Source of the DNA: Macrostomum hystrix
Taxonomy: Eukaryota > Animalia > Platyhelminthes
DNA: 64,000 bases
NCBI GenBank assembly: GCA_950097015.1
Contig: CATNEN010000030.1
Location: forward strand, 1,178,001 to 1,242,000
Reading direction: 5' to 3'
Position numbers and translations under genes: made by a program. The notes beneath the pieces were generated by a model. The model was not told the origin of the DNA. It saw only the letters and a list, made by a program, of their open reading frames with translations, and ran no database searches. Below, one piece after another: positions 48,700-62,033 of the stretch (within the stretch, counting starts at the first letter, position 1; every line of letters starts with the position of its first letter).

Positions 48700-48960
48700 T
48701 GCCTGTGGATGCCTAGGCTTGCCACTAATGTCGGGTGCAGCACTACATCATATGAGGATTGTTTTTTTGCCAATTTGCACCTCCAACTGGCCTAGGTGGC
48801 CTTGGAGTTCACATACTACTGGGCTTTGGAGATGTCGCAGCAGGAGGCTTGCAAGCAGGTCCACATTGTGTGCCAGACAGCCATGGACTAGCACCAGTTC
48901 CTGCGCAACATCTGCAAGCAAAAATACTGCAAAATAATTTCATGAAAAGCAGAATACTAT
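48700..48960 (+). mobile_element. Decayed Merlin (IS1016/ISXO2-like) transposase fragment
   Basis: The stop-interrupted frame YEDCFFANLHLQLA*VALEFTYYWALEMSQQEACKQVHIVCQTAMD*HQFLRNIC resembles the Merlin N-terminal block (SFFE.SHL...IY.W....T.VDW..F.REVC). Recognised from memory and not searched. Confidence 0.4.
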
Positions 48961-49078
48961 AACAAAGTAAACTAGAACAATGCCCACAATTGTACTATTT
49001 TGGTGTCATATTTTCTATTCACTGGTCATTTAATTTATTTTATTACAGAATTCATATATTCAATTCATGATATAATGT

Positions 49079-51513
49079 AGGCCTTAAATCACAGAATTGC
49101 CACCCAGTAATTATTGATTTGATTGACATTCTTGCTTATTGCTGCGGCAGTGCTGTCGGCTGTGCATCTGACCCAATTGGGGCAGGTGTAATCAATTATT
49201 ATTATTATTATTATTGCTATAAACATGTAATCTGAGACTTTTAAGATGAATGCTAAAGTTAATCAAAGATGAAAAATATTTTATATACTAACTATAGTCT
49301 AAATTATAGAAACATGCCTATGCCCAAGTTACATTTTTATTCATAGTTAGGGCCTACAAATATACACATGTTTCACATTTTTAATTTAGACTATCACTAG
49401 ATTATTTATATAACAACGCACTGTCTCCAATTTTTTAGATTGTAATAAATACTTTTTAATAGTCTAACGACTAGGGAAAATCTTATAAATTGCTTAGTTG
49501 CGCTCACATGGTTAGGCCTACTAAAACTGTGTGCGCTGGCTAGCTAGGCCTATCTATAGGGCCTAGCTATAGTTAAGCAATTTTACGATCAGTAAAATCT
49601 AACTAAATTTGATAGTCGTGCTCCAAGTCGACGTGACTAGGCCTATGATGGCCTACTAAGCGAGACAAAAATATATCATCTGCGGTAAATATATTTTATA
49701 GGGGCCTAGTGTTTGACGGTAGGGGCCTAGACGAACCCCGCTGCGCTGGTCCCCTGAAAAGATTAACGTTAAAGAAAATTTAAATCTTAGACAGTAAAAC
49801 AACATGCACAAAAACGTAAAATTTGAGATGCGGAGAATGCAAGTGCTTTAATGCTTTAAGATTTTTATACTAACAGGTTTTGTATTACTTGAATTTTTTC
49901 TCTAAAACATATAAGCCATTTGAACCATACAACAATAGCCATAACAGAGGATTTATTTTATCTAATATGAAAATATATATTAAATGCCTATGCTATGCAT
50001 TTAATGCATATCTATTTATCTATGCATAGATAAAATATATTATATTAAGATATAACATATATTTTAAATATATTAAAATATAATATAAATATATTATATT
50101 TCTTTTCTTTTATTTTGAGAATCCTCAGAGAAATATTACAGAAGCTTTATATTTGTCGATCTGTTACCTGTTACATGTTTGTACCAAACCAAATATATAT
50201 TGGTACCACCAAAATAATAGGGGCCTATACCACTACTAGAGGAGGAGAGTAGGCCTATCTCTCGAGTATAGAATTCCGATAACACAGAACTGTAGCTGTA
50301 GGCTAGGCCTACAGCTTGCCTATTTTGGAACCTGCTAGAAATAGGCTAGGCCTAAATGCAATCATAGGCCTAATTTATCCTAAAGCTTAAACAAGTGATA
50401 TACTTTTTACAGTAGGCCTAGCATGATGGGAGAGTAGGTTCTTGACTTCGGTAATAATAAGTGTTTAACTTTAATTCAGCACCAATGACAGTCTAGACTG
50501 TCTAGTTTAGTTTATTAATTATCATTGTGTTTTATTTTCTTATGCAATTCAATTATTAAAGCTTTCCTTGCTATTGTCGTATTAAAATTGAAATTTTCCC
50601 TTTATAAATATAAATAAAATTTTTGCAAGTTCAATTCATGCACTGTTAACTGTAAAATTGTGGCTTAAAAGAGTGTCCCAGCCACATAGCTCATGCCAAG
50701 CCCTGCCCACCCCTCCACTCCAGCATGCCATGCCATGCCATGCCATGCCATGATAATTTCATAGGGCCTCTTCATTATATTTACTTGCAAATCACTTCAT
50801 TTGTGATTTATACTCAACATAGTTTCCTTGATCTGATTTAAGGTTTCCAGTCTACTTAGGCTTACGAATGGATCTGAATTTGCCTAATTCAACACAAATT
50901 TTAAACACTTATTCCTAAATGTTGATTCCACTAGTAGGCCTAGTAGTATAGTATTCCTATTTGCCACATATATTATTATATCTCTCCACTTATGACTTAG
51001 TCTCACAAATAACAAAGACTTCAAAAACTGGAAAAACTTCTTGTTCCTTCTCTGTTCTGATGTGGGTGCCAAGCACATTATTTGTCTCACAAAAACTCTT
51101 TTATTTATAGCAGTCTAGTGGGTAGGTTTACAAAATTTTAATAAACCATTGAATTAAAACAAAGAAAAGAATTATAAATGTTTTAGTGTGGATTTGATTT
51201 CTAACATATGGTCAATTTTATATAAACTATGGGCTTGCCTCAATAAGCCAACACATGCTACCTAATCAAATGCCTCACCAACCTAATATTTTGAAAATTT
51301 GCTAGATATGTGTTTACAAAAATGTAATTCTTTCCTATAGGGTAAATTTTATCTAGGCCTAATAAAAATCACAAAAAATAATATATTGACTAATTTGACT
51401 GCTGTTGTGCTGGTGTCCAACTTTACTGGGCACTAAGCTAAGTGCTAGGATAAAAAGTTAGCACATGGAGTCCCAACCTGTGGCTCCAATCTCCATTCTT
51501 CTAGGTAGGCCTA
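49079..51513. promoter_or_regulatory. Candidate bidirectional promoter or outron region with clustered TAGGCCTA palindromes
   Basis: Eleven perfect TAGGCCTA sites plus several GGCCTA half-sites lie between the divergent LC3 and GMPR genes. The function is inferred only. Confidence 0.4.
49135..49215 (+). mobile_element. 3' fragment of SINE family 2
   Basis: GCTGCGGCAGTGCTGTCGGCTGTGCATCTGACCCAATTGGGGCAGGTGTAATCAA followed by (TTA)n matches the 3' end of the 20710 copy. Confidence 0.75.
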
Positions 51514-52009
51514 GCATTCTTTTCTCATAGGTATCCATTGAATCAGGTAGGCACTATTACCATATAGATCTAGGCTCATGTAGAGATTTACTTAGGCCGA
51601 TAAACAGCCAATAATGTAAGTAAAACACAAAGGTTGATATAAATGTTACAGATGCTGAATGATCCTGTGTTACAGACATGAGGGCAAGAAATTGTAGTTT
51701 TATTAACTTCAAACCAGAAAGTAAATAGGCACTAAATTACAAAAACATGCAGATAATACAATATAAACAATTTTTGATTAATATATTTATAAGACATTGT
51801 AAAATTCAGGGCAGATTAAAAAACCTATCTAAAAAAGCTCACAATGTGTCTTTTCTCGACATCGCTAACTAAGCATTAGTATTAAGGAATGTCTTGGCAT
51901 CAGTCCTTAGTAATTCAATGTTTTATTTGAAAGAACAAATACTGGCTGATTACTTTACCAAACGAAGAAGAAAGTATAATTATTGTTTGACTTTAATCCC
52001 ACAGCAACA

Positions 52010-53531
52010 ATGCCCCACGTGGAGCAGGATGTTAAGCTAGACTTTAAAGATGTTCTAATCCGACCTAAGCGCAGCACGCTGAAGTCACGCTCAGAGGTGG
52101 ACCTGTACAGGGAGTATGGGTTCAGAAACAGTGGAGCTAAATACTATGGCGTGCCAATCATGACTGCCAATATGGACACTACTGGCACATTTGAAATGGC
52201 TCGCGCCCTAGCCAAGCATTCAATGTTCACCACTGTTCACAAGCACTATTCAGTGGAGGAGTGGCAGGCATTTGCTGCTAGCGCCGGTTCTGAGGTACTG
52301 GAGCACTGCGCCGTGTCCGCCGGCACTGGCGACCTCGAGCGCCTAGTACAGATTGTCAAAGCAGTGCCGCTTCTGCGCTTCATCTGTCTGGACGTGGCAA
52401 ATGGCTACTCGGAGCACTTTGTACAGTTTGTCAAAAAGGTGCGCGAGCTGTTTCCAACTCACACTATACTGGCTGGCAATGTAGTCACTGGTGAAATGGT
52501 TGAGCAGCTGATTCTCTCAGGTGAGTTTATGAGTCCTTTGTTTAAACAAAACCATAAGAGAGAAAGGAGGAGGGATTAGCTTCAGAAACACACAAATGAA
52601 CCGGAAATGAGGAGGAAGGGAGTAGCCTCAGAAACCTTCCGATGAACCGGAAGTGAGGAGGAAGGGAGTAGCTTCAGAAATCTTCCGATGAACCGGAAGT
52701 GAGGAGGAAGGGAGTAGCCTCAGAAACCTTCCGATGAACCGGAAGTGAGGAGGAAGGGAGTAGCTTCAGAAAACTTCCGATGAACCGGAAGTGAGGAGGA
52801 AGGGAGTAGCCTCAGAAACCTTCCGATGAACCGGAAGTGAGGAGGAAGGGAGTAGCCTCAGAAACCTTCCGATGAACCGGAAGTGAGGAGGAAGGGAGTA
52901 GCCTCAGAAAACTTCCGATGAACCGGAAGTACCCTGAATGCCAAGCAACCGATAGGATAGACTCAGAAGCCTTGCTCATCGATGCCCAGGCGCCGACGTG
53001 ATCAAGGTGGGGATCGGTCCCGGCAGTGTGTGCACCACGCGCAAGAAGACCGGCGTCGGCTATCCGCAGCTGTCCGCCGTGCTTGAATGCGCCGACGCCG
53101 CGCACGGCCTTGGCGGCCACATAATCTCGGATGGCGGCTGCGTAAATCCAGGCGATGTTGCCAAAGCGTTCGGCGCCGGAGCCGATTTTGTCATGGCTGG
53201 CGGCCTGTTCGCCGGTCACGACGAATCGGCTGGCGATGTGATCGAGCGAGACGGTAAAAAGTACAAACTATTCTACGGCATGAGTTCGCGAACAGCTATG
53301 GATAAGCATTCTGGCGGTGTGGCTGACTATAGAGCCTCCGAGGGTAAGACAATCGAGATACCCTACAAAGGACCGGTGGACAAGACCGTCTTAGATATCC
53401 TGGGCGGTGTGCGCAGCGCCTGCACCTACGTTGGCGCCTCCAAGCTCAAGGAGCTGTCACGCCGGACAACTTTCATTCGAGTCACCATGCAAACTAACGA
53501 AGTATTTGCCGCTCACAATAAAGACGATTAG
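52010..53531 (+). CDS. GMPR: GMP reductase
   Basis: Exons 52010-52520 and 52990-53531 (phase 1). [36 protein letters not shown], catalytic [21 protein letters not shown]. Confidence 0.97.
52590..52930. repeat. 46-bp minisatellite filling most of the GMPR intron
   Basis: Unit GAACCGGAAGTGAGGAGGAAGGGAGTAGCCTCAGAAACCTTCCGAT. Confidence 0.95.
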
Positions 53532-53709
53532 AATATAGATTTTATTGTCTGAGTTATTTCTATTGAACTCTAAAAACTGTTCTTTGTCCTATAGCTCCTA
53601 TTGCCTTCAGTTACCTTTTTCTTTTTGTTGTTTTTTATAGGTTACCTAGCCCAAATTCGGCAATCCTAGCCAATCCTAACATTTAGTTTTTTAGATTTTT
53701 ATGGAGAAA

Positions 53710-54040
53710 GGACATTGTGGAGATAAGGGATGGGACATTGTGGAGATAAGAGATAGGGCATTGTGAAGATTATAGATGGGACATTGTGGAGATTAGAGAT
53801 GAGGCTTTGTGGGGATTATAGATAGGACATTGTGGAGATTATAGATAGGACATTGTGGAGATTATAGATAGGACATTGTGGAGATTATAGATAGGACATT
53901 GTGGAGATTAGAGATGGGACATTGTCGAGATTAGAGATGGGAAATTGTGGAGATTATAGATAGGACATTGTGGAGATTATAGATTAGACATTGTAGAGAT
54001 TAGCGATAGGGCATTGTGGAGAATAGAGATTGGGCATTTG
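53710..54040. repeat. 23-bp minisatellite
   Basis: Unit GGACATTGTGGAGATTATAGATA. Confidence 0.92.
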
Positions 54041-54509
54041 CTCTATTTAAAATTAGTTTTTCTGTGTTTAGCAAATCATTTCAAGAAAACTGTCTGTGCG
54101 GCATTTGCCTTCGTGTATTTTTGTATCGATTTCTCATTGCTTTACTCTAAAATTACTCGTACCTGTGTTTTATTACCCCCTTAACCCAAAATTCGTTTTA
54201 CTTACCTTTGTCTGTCTAGCTTAAAATATCATTGTTTTACCATCCCTGTTAACTGATTCTGTCTTCTACTGACTGTGTCACAACGTGATGTTGCACTAAT
54301 ATTTTACCAATAATGCAATCACATTCAATTCTATCAGCTTTCTAACCACTCAAATGTGTCCTAATAGTACTAAAAAAATTTAACCTTGTTGCATCAAGCG
54401 CTTCAGATTCGACCGCCATTTTTGCGGCAGCAGTAGTTTTTGGTATTTAAAGTTCTTTTTTCTCACTGCGTAGTTGATTTTATAGTGGAATTTTCTTAGT
54501 CATTTATGA

Positions 54510-54990
54510 GTTTACCTGTTTATTCTCTATCCACAGGGAGTTCATCTGTATCTTGCCTATCCACAGGGAGTTCATCTGTATCTTCCCTATCCACAGGGAG
54601 TTCATCTGTATCTTGCCTATCCACAGGGAGTTCATCTGTATCTTGCCTATCCACAGGGAGTTCATCTGTATCTTGCCTATCCACAGGGAGTTCATCTGTA
54701 TCTTCCCTATCCACAGGGAGTTCATCTGTATCTTCCCTATCCACTGGGATTTTACCTGTATCTTCCCTATTTAAAGGGAGTTTACCTGTATCTTCCCTAT
54801 TGACAGGGAGTTTACCTGTATCTTCCCTATTGACAGGGAGTTTACCTGTATCTTCCCTATTTAAAGGGAGTTTACCTGTATCTTCCCTATTGACAGGGAG
54901 TTTACCTGTATCTTCCCTATTGACAGGGATTTACCTGTATCTTCCCTATTGAAAGAGATTTACCTGTATCTTCCCTATTGACAAGGAGTT
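54510..54990. repeat. 30-bp minisatellite just upstream of EXTL3
   Basis: Unit TTCATCTGTATCTTGCCTATCCACAGGGAG. Confidence 0.95.
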
Positions 54991-55089
54991 TACCTGAATT
55001 TTTCCTTATCATTAGTATTCACAAAAAATTGCAGACTAAACGTAGCCGTTTGGGCAGCAGCCGCACGGCCCGCACAATATCCCAGTCCA

Positions 55090-58000
55090 ATGCGTTGCTG
55101 GCGCAAGCTCGGCTGTCTAATCTTTCTGACCGGCGCGCTAGTCGCGCTGTGCTCCATTGCGGCTTGGTTGCGCAGCTGCAGCAGCCGCTGCGCTTCGGCT
55201 CCCTCGCTGTCCACGCTGTCATCTTCGCCGATTTCGCCGCTGTCTGGCAGGGCGCTGCGGCAGCACCGGCGCAGCTGCGAAGACTCTCTAGCCGCTCTGG
55301 CCGATCTGCGCCGTGTGAAGGCTTCGGTGCGCGAAGAGCTAGTCCGATTGGAGCGCGATCGCGGCCGGCTGTTGCAGCAGATTCGAGCTATCCAATCAGA
55401 GCTGGCCAGCCAGTTGCGCAGCCAAAAAAAGATTAGCGCCGACACGGAGAAGGCGCGTTTAGATTTGGCTGCGCTTCGAGCCAGCTTAGCTGAAGCTGAT
55501 CTGCGAAACCTGCCAATTTTGCGGCCTCCGCTGAACCTGTCCGTGCTGATTTCGTCTGCTGTCCGGCCACCCGCAGCGATTGACAACGTCAGCAACGTCA
55601 ACTGCGGCCCGGTTGACTGCTTCGACTATGCCAGATGCGGCCTAGCGGACAGTCGGCCAAGATTTGCACTGCGGCTCCCTGCTGACTCGGCCAGCGATGT
55701 CGGCCGGCTGTTGAATGCCAGCCTTCGGCTACTGCCTGCCGGCATGACCACAGTGGCTGAGTTGGATGCCTGCCTAGTGCTGGCCGATGCTCGCTTGCTC
55801 TCGAATACCGCGTCCGTCCATCTAGGCCAGACAGCCAATGTTGTAGCTCTGCTGCCAGATGGCGGTCAAGATAGTCTGCTGCGTCGGCTACCGCGAGCTG
55901 TTGTCGCTTCGCGCTATCAGCCGGTTATTAGCTACCGGCCCGGCTGGGACATTGTTATGCCAGCGCCGGCACCCTTCGACTCGGCCAGCAGCTTGTGGGC
56001 CGCCTTGCCACCTCTGGTGCCTGCTCGACGGGCGCGTCTAATATCCGCTCCGATGCTCCCAGGTGCCAATTCTAGCTGGTGGCGCCGACTGGGAAACGGC
56101 GATCGACTGGCATTGAAGGAGCTTCTTCGAGTCTGTTGCAATTCCAGTAATACCACCGCGCTAGCACCTTCGGGTGCAACCTTCTGCCCCATTCTGGCGC
56201 CGGCCGGCGGTCCGCTGTCCACACCTGGCCTGCAGCGACGCCTCCTGGACTGCCTATTGGCCGGCTCCGTGCCGCTGATCCTTGGCGACGTGCTGACGCC
56301 CTTTGGCGACCTGCTGGAGCCGCTGTGGCGCGACGCCATTATTCGCCTGCCGAGGTCGCGCGCCAGCGAGCTCTCCTGGCTGCTGGGCACCTTTAGCGAC
56401 CATTCGCTCCTGGAGATGCGCCGTCAGGGCCGCCTGCTCATGGAGCGTCACCTGGGCACCTGGCGTGCTCAGGCTGGCTCGCTGCTAACGCTGCTTAACC
56501 GGCGACTGGGTCTGCCAGGTCCCGCAGCCACTGGGACAACCGGTATTAGCGCCCTGGAGCCAGGACATCAGCGCCTGCTGGTTGGCCACGTGCCCAGCCA
56601 CTTTGATGAGACGCAGGACTACCTGGGCCCGGTGGAGCCGCCAATTGACTCCGTGCTCTTTCAAGTGCGTGGCCTTTTTGCGTTATAATTTGGCGTCACT
56701 TTTGGGTTTGATCTTTGAAATTCTGACCGAGAAATCGTTAGTTCGAAATTCAGCCTAAAATAAATTCACAAATACTAATGCTGTGATGGAAGCAGTAATA
56801 AAGAAGTCATTTTCGTTGTCATGTTTTCGACACTGGCTGCGGCTTCGATCGAAGGATTCTGTGGCGAATGCAAGTCTGAGTCTTTCGGCTGATTGATAGA
56901 TAAATAGCGATAGAAAACAAACCAACCTATTTGGACCAGATGTACATAATAATAATGATACGATTAATAATACTCGTAATTGACCATACCTGTCCCGATC
57001 GGCCCGGATGTACAGCCGACAGTACAGTCGTAGCTATTGCGTGGCGCATCTGAAGCGTAAAGCATCTGCTGGGTAAAGCTATGGACTGGGAGAAACTCTC
57101 CCTCAACTACCCCAGCTGATGCTGGTACCCATTTAACAGCTGGGTGAACTGCAAGCAATGCAGAGTTCAATGTGTTTTGCTTAAGGACACTAATTGTTCC
57201 AGTTGAGCCGGGAATCGAACCCCCGTCCATCAAGTCGACTGTCCGACGCTCTAACCACAAGGCTAAAACCTCTTATAGTTAGATATACAGCCCAGTCTCA
57301 CAGCTGTTCAGCCCAGTGTACTTGGGGTAAGGGCCGCCAAACCCACCCAAATTTCTACCCCGGCTGATGCGCTCTTACCCATTGCTTCAGGGTGAACTGA
57401 ATCAATCGGGAAATAAAGTCTCTCGCTTCATGACAGGACACAAATTGTTTCCGTCGGATTGAGATTCGAACTCGTGACCTCTCGATTAGAAGTCCGAAGC
57501 TAAATAAACAAATTAACAATAAACGAAGCTAAATCTCTTATTTTCCCGTCATATCCCCTCGCAGAACAACTTCACAGCCCCGGCTCCCATCGTCCAGCAG
57601 CCTAATCCGCTGTTGAACTACGCAAGCCTGCCCGGCTATCCGCCGGCCCCACCAACCGAGGCGCAGTTCAACGGCTCCGCCTACGGCTATCGTCCGATTG
57701 ATCACGCGCTTGGCACCGCTGGCGTGGAATTCAGCAGGTCGGCTGGCGGCAACTTGCCAGCTGAGCAGTTCACTGCCATTGTGCTCAGCTACAATCGCGA
57801 ATCTGTGCTTGTTGGCTCGCTATCTAAGCTGGCCGGCCTGCCTTACCTGCACTCTGTCCTGGTGGTGTGGAATGGCGAGCAGCCGCCCAACCCTCAAACT
57901 GTCTGGCCGGATCTTGGCGAGGTCCCGCTGCACTTTATCAGAGGACCAGGTGCGCTTTACACTAATGTTTTATTCTCTAGATTTCTGTTTACCCATCGGT

Positions 58001-59346
58001 TTCGGACCAACCCATCCGGGGTTGTAGCCTAGTGGCTGGAGCGTCGGGCTCTGCTTGAAGGTCGGGGGTTCGATTCTCGACTCCACTGGAACTTAACCCT
58101 TCATTGTTTCAGTTCACCCAGCTGTTAAATGGTTCGGCATTGGGTGGGGTAATTAAGGGTGGGTGTAGCGTCCCCCCAGTCCATGGACTGAACAGCCGTG
58201 CGCGCAATAGCACATCGGACCCAATTAATGGCAGGTGTAATAAAAAACTATTCTCTAATGTCCCTTTAGCAGTTAAAGTACCAAAGCGCGGGACAATTAT
58301 TTTACTTCGTCTCAACGGAGCAATTCAGAATCAAATAATTCTGGAGCACGAATTTACTTTTTGTTGATCGCCTTCTCAAATAAAAATCAACTCGCGACGT
58401 CTCCAGGACGTCAAGATTCAGACAAAAGGTCCACTTTATCCGCAAAAGTGCTAATGCATAAGCGCTCTTACACCCCTGTACGAAATTCTTCGTGTCTCTA
58501 ATCTCGCTAATCAAGCCCTTGACATTTGGCCAGTTGAAGTGGCAAAGTTAAATGGAAATAGTGCTTGGTATTCCATCTATTTTTTCACTCATAACTATGA
58601 GGTCAGGAGTTCGACTCTTCCTAGAGCGAAGCGAATAATTGTTTTGCATGTCAGTTTATTTCATGTCCTATAAATTAGATAAATGACAAAAGAAGAAGTA
58701 CATTTTCAACTGGTGTTAAGGCCTCTAACACCATCTAATTGTGATTTCTGTTCCAGGCAACTCGTTGAACAACCGGTTCCTGCCTTGGTCGCAGATTCGC
58801 ACTGAAGCCGTACTCAGCCTTGACGACGATGTGTACATGCGCCAGGACGAACTGGTGCTGGCGTTTCGCGTCTGGCGCGAGCACCGCGATCGCATTGTGG
58901 GCTTCCCGGCCAGATTTCACGCCCGCTCCGGCTCCGACTGGCTGTACAATTCTAATCAGACCTGCGAGTACTCAATGGTGCTCACCGGTGCCGCCTTCCT
59001 ACACGTGCACTATCTACACCTGTACTCCTATTGGCTGCCTGGAGCTCTGCGACGCGAGGTGGACCGCCTGATGAACTGCGAGGACATTCTCATGAACTTT
59101 CTGGTCAGTCACGTGACTAGGAAGGCGCCAATCAAGGTGACGTCGCGCTGGTCGTTTCCCTGCTTCGGCTGCTCCCAGTCGCTCTACAAAGACGATTCTC
59201 ACTTTGCTGAAAGATCGCACTGCATCAACTATTTCAGCGGCATGTTCGGCTACAACACCCTGCTGTACAGTCAGTTCCGGGCCGACTCGGTGCTGTTTAA
59301 AACTCGCCTGGGGACCGACAAGGTCAAGTGCTTCAAGTACGTGTAG
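55090..59346 (+). CDS. EXTL3: Exostosin-like 3 (EXTL3/botv) heparan-sulfate GlcNAc transferase
   Basis: Exons 55090-56664, 57565-57949, 58757-59346 (phases 0,1). N-terminal TM plus coiled coil, CFDYARC, and a GT64 domain with [28 protein letters not shown] (DxD), [25 protein letters not shown]. Confidence 0.93.
56960..57505 (-). mobile_element. Two SINE family 2 copies (about 56960-57270 and a diverged copy at about 57300-57505) in EXTL3 intron 1
   Basis: Same head and central block (CAGTTCACCCAGCTGTTAAATGGG) as the 20710 copy. Confidence 0.8.
58018..58250 (+). mobile_element. SINE family 2 copy in EXTL3 intron 2
   Basis: GTTGTAGCCTAGTGG...GGGTTCGATTCTC...CAGTTCACCCAGCTGTTAAATGG with an A-rich tail. 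Confidence 0.82.
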
Positions 59347-59599
59347 GGCCCGCAGATGCTGCCTTCTGGCCGCTGGCTTAGCTTATGGATTTCATATTGA
59401 CAAACCCGGCACCCGAATTCCCACCCTAATCCAACTCATTTTCCAAACCATAATCCACATCCTAATCTAAATCATAATCTGTGATTCTCCCACCCTGAAC
59501 CCTCATTCTAATCCAAATAGCGATCTACATCCTGTTCCCCAATCTCATCCAAATCACAATACCTATCCTAATAAAATTCCAAATCCGAGTCATGACTCC

Positions 59600-60790
59600 C
59601 TATGATTCCTAATCTCCATTCTAATTCAAATCATAATCCCCATCCTAATCAGTGTCTTCATTCCTATCCTAATTCAAATCATAATCCCCATCCTAATCAG
59701 TGTCTTCATTCCTATCCTAATTCAAATCATAATCCCCATCCTAATCAGTGTCTTCATTCCTATCCTTATTCAAATCATAATCCCCATCTTAATCCATGTC
59801 TTAATCCCTATCCTATTTCGAATCATAATCCCCATCCTAATCAGTGTCTTCATTCCTATCCTTATTCAAATCATAATCCCCATCCTAATCCGTGTCTTAA
59901 TCCCTATCCTATTTCGAATCATAATCCCCATCCTAATCCGTGTCTTCATTCCTATCCTAATTCGAATCATAATCCCCATCTTAATCCATGTCTTAATCCC
60001 TGTCCTATTTCGAATCATAATCCCCATCCTAATCTGTGTCTTCATTCCTATCCTATTTCGAATCATAATCCCCATCCTAATCCGTGTCTTCATTCCTATC
60101 CTAATTCGAATCATAATCCCCATCTTAATCTGTGTCTTCATTCCTATCCTATTTCGAATCATAATCCCCATCCTAATCCGTGTCTTCATTCCTATCCTAA
60201 TTCGAATCATAATCCCCATCCTAATCTGTGTCTTCATTCCTATCCTATTTCGAATCATAATCCCCATCCTAATCCGTGTCTTCATTCCTATCCTAATTCG
60301 AATCATAATCCCCATCTTAATCCATGTCTTAATCCCTGTCCTATTTCGAATCATAATCCCCATCCTAATCTGTGTCTTCATTCCTATCCTATTTCGAATC
60401 ATAATCCCCATCCTAATCCGTGTCTTCATTCCTATCCTAATTCGAATCATAATCCCCATCTTAATCCTTGTCTTCATTCCTATCCTATTTCGAATCATAA
60501 TCCCCATCCTAATCCGTGTCTTCATTCCTATCCTAATTCGAATCATAATCCCCATCTTAATCCATGTCTTAATCCCTGTCCTATTTCGAATCATAATCCC
60601 CATCCTAATCTGTGTCTTCATTCCTATCCTATTTCGAATCATAATCCCCATCCTAATCCGTGTCTTCATTCCTATCCTAATTCGAATCATAATCCCCATC
60701 TTAATCCATGTCTTAATCCCTATCCTATTTCGATTCATAATCCCCATCTCAATCTGTGTCGTAATCCCCATAGTGATCAACATCCAAATC
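59600..60790. repeat. 48-bp minisatellite with 6-bp sub-periodicity, downstream of the EXTL3 stop
   Basis: Unit CATCCTAATCCGTGTCTTCATTCCTATCCTAATTCGAATCATAATCCC. Confidence 0.95.
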
Positions 60791-61848
60791 CCTATTCTAA
60801 TGCACCAAGTTTTGGCGATATCAGCTGGCAGGGAATATTGCTAAGATTTTGAATTTCTTTCTTCATGAGTACTCTGTATGTACTGTTCCTGCTTTTCAAT
60901 GTGCATTTTAATTGGTCGCAAATTTTGCCTTTGTTCCTCCACATGTTAGAAACTTCGATTTTGTGCATGCCGTATGTTTTGTAGCATTTTTTGCTTTATC
61001 AAACGCTTTCCTATCTGCACTGTTTGATTTAAGGAAGTGGAGTTCAATAATGCCTGCTAATAGTGAATGGTTGCTTGCTCAATCTATAATATATAAATGG
61101 CAATCTCTATTCTTATGAATAAATTTGCAACAACTCCAGCGGTCGAAGTTCTTCCAAATTGATGCTACTCGCTCTACTTATGTTTTAACACGTGTACAAT
61201 TCGCTTGTTTTGATCCGCCGTTGTCTTTCATTGCATTGCAATTCTGATATTTAAATATGCTTATGTGCTTACTTGCAGTAGAGCTGCGGCTATATATCTA
61301 TGTTTTTGTCAAGTGTAAAAAATTCATTCGTCATCAACTTGTATTATGTTGTTTTTTATTGTGTTATTCTTGTTAAACAATCGTAAATTTAAGCAGTTTT
61401 GTCGTGGACGTATTATACTTCTCATTCATCATTGCATCAAGCGAAATTTACCGAGATTTTTGTACTTATTTCTAATTCTAAACACCCGCATAAATATATA
61501 TATTTCTCTTAATAAGGGAAATTAAATCACACAAATTGATTCATTGCCTTTGTCGTTCTTTTAATCTGAAAAATTTTAATAAACAGTACTGTTAAATAAA
61601 GCAATTCAAAGCACAAATATAGTTTGGCCGTTAATAGCATGGACCAAGTGTGACGCCTCCTCGACTGTATTTTTCGATACATATAGGCAACAAAAGTACC
61701 TAGTAAATTTTACCTAGAGGTTGAAAAAACTAATCATAATAGTTCTTCGATAAGCATGTCATGTTACTAAATCCTAAACTATTACTAATGAGAAAATATA
61801 CGTGCCTCTCTAATTGATTGAAATATAGAAATTCAAGCAAAAAGCTGT

Positions 61849-61921
61849 CGCCCAATGTGGGGCTCGAACCCACGACCCTGGGATTAAGAGTCCCATGCTC
61901 TACCGACTGAGCTAACCGGGC
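61849..61921 (-). tRNA. tRNA-Lys (anticodon CTT)
   Basis: The reverse complement is GCCCGGTTAGCTCAGTCGGTAGAGCATGGGACTCTTAATCCCAGGGTCGTGGGTTCGAGCCCCACATTGGGCG. It is 73 nt, forms a complete cloverleaf, has A and B boxes, and is followed by a T5 terminator. Confidence 0.96.
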
Positions 61922-62033
61922 CTTAACGAAAGTGAAGCTTTGCGCACATAATAAAATGTCTAATTTGCTGTCCATTTGATTGCTTCTAATTACTAGAGAA
62001 TCCTTTAAAATGCCTTTAATGTCTTACAGCCCA

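Noticed and set aside
51983-52009. N-terminal extension of the GMPR ORF in the track
   Set aside because: It starts at a non-ATG codon upstream of a splice acceptor (52003-52004). The homologous start is the ATG at 52010.
59602-60852. 416-aa His/Asn/Pro-rich ORF and its antisense partner
   Set aside because: A 48-bp minisatellite downstream of the EXTL3 stop. It is also not a telomeric array, since there are no true TTAGGG runs.
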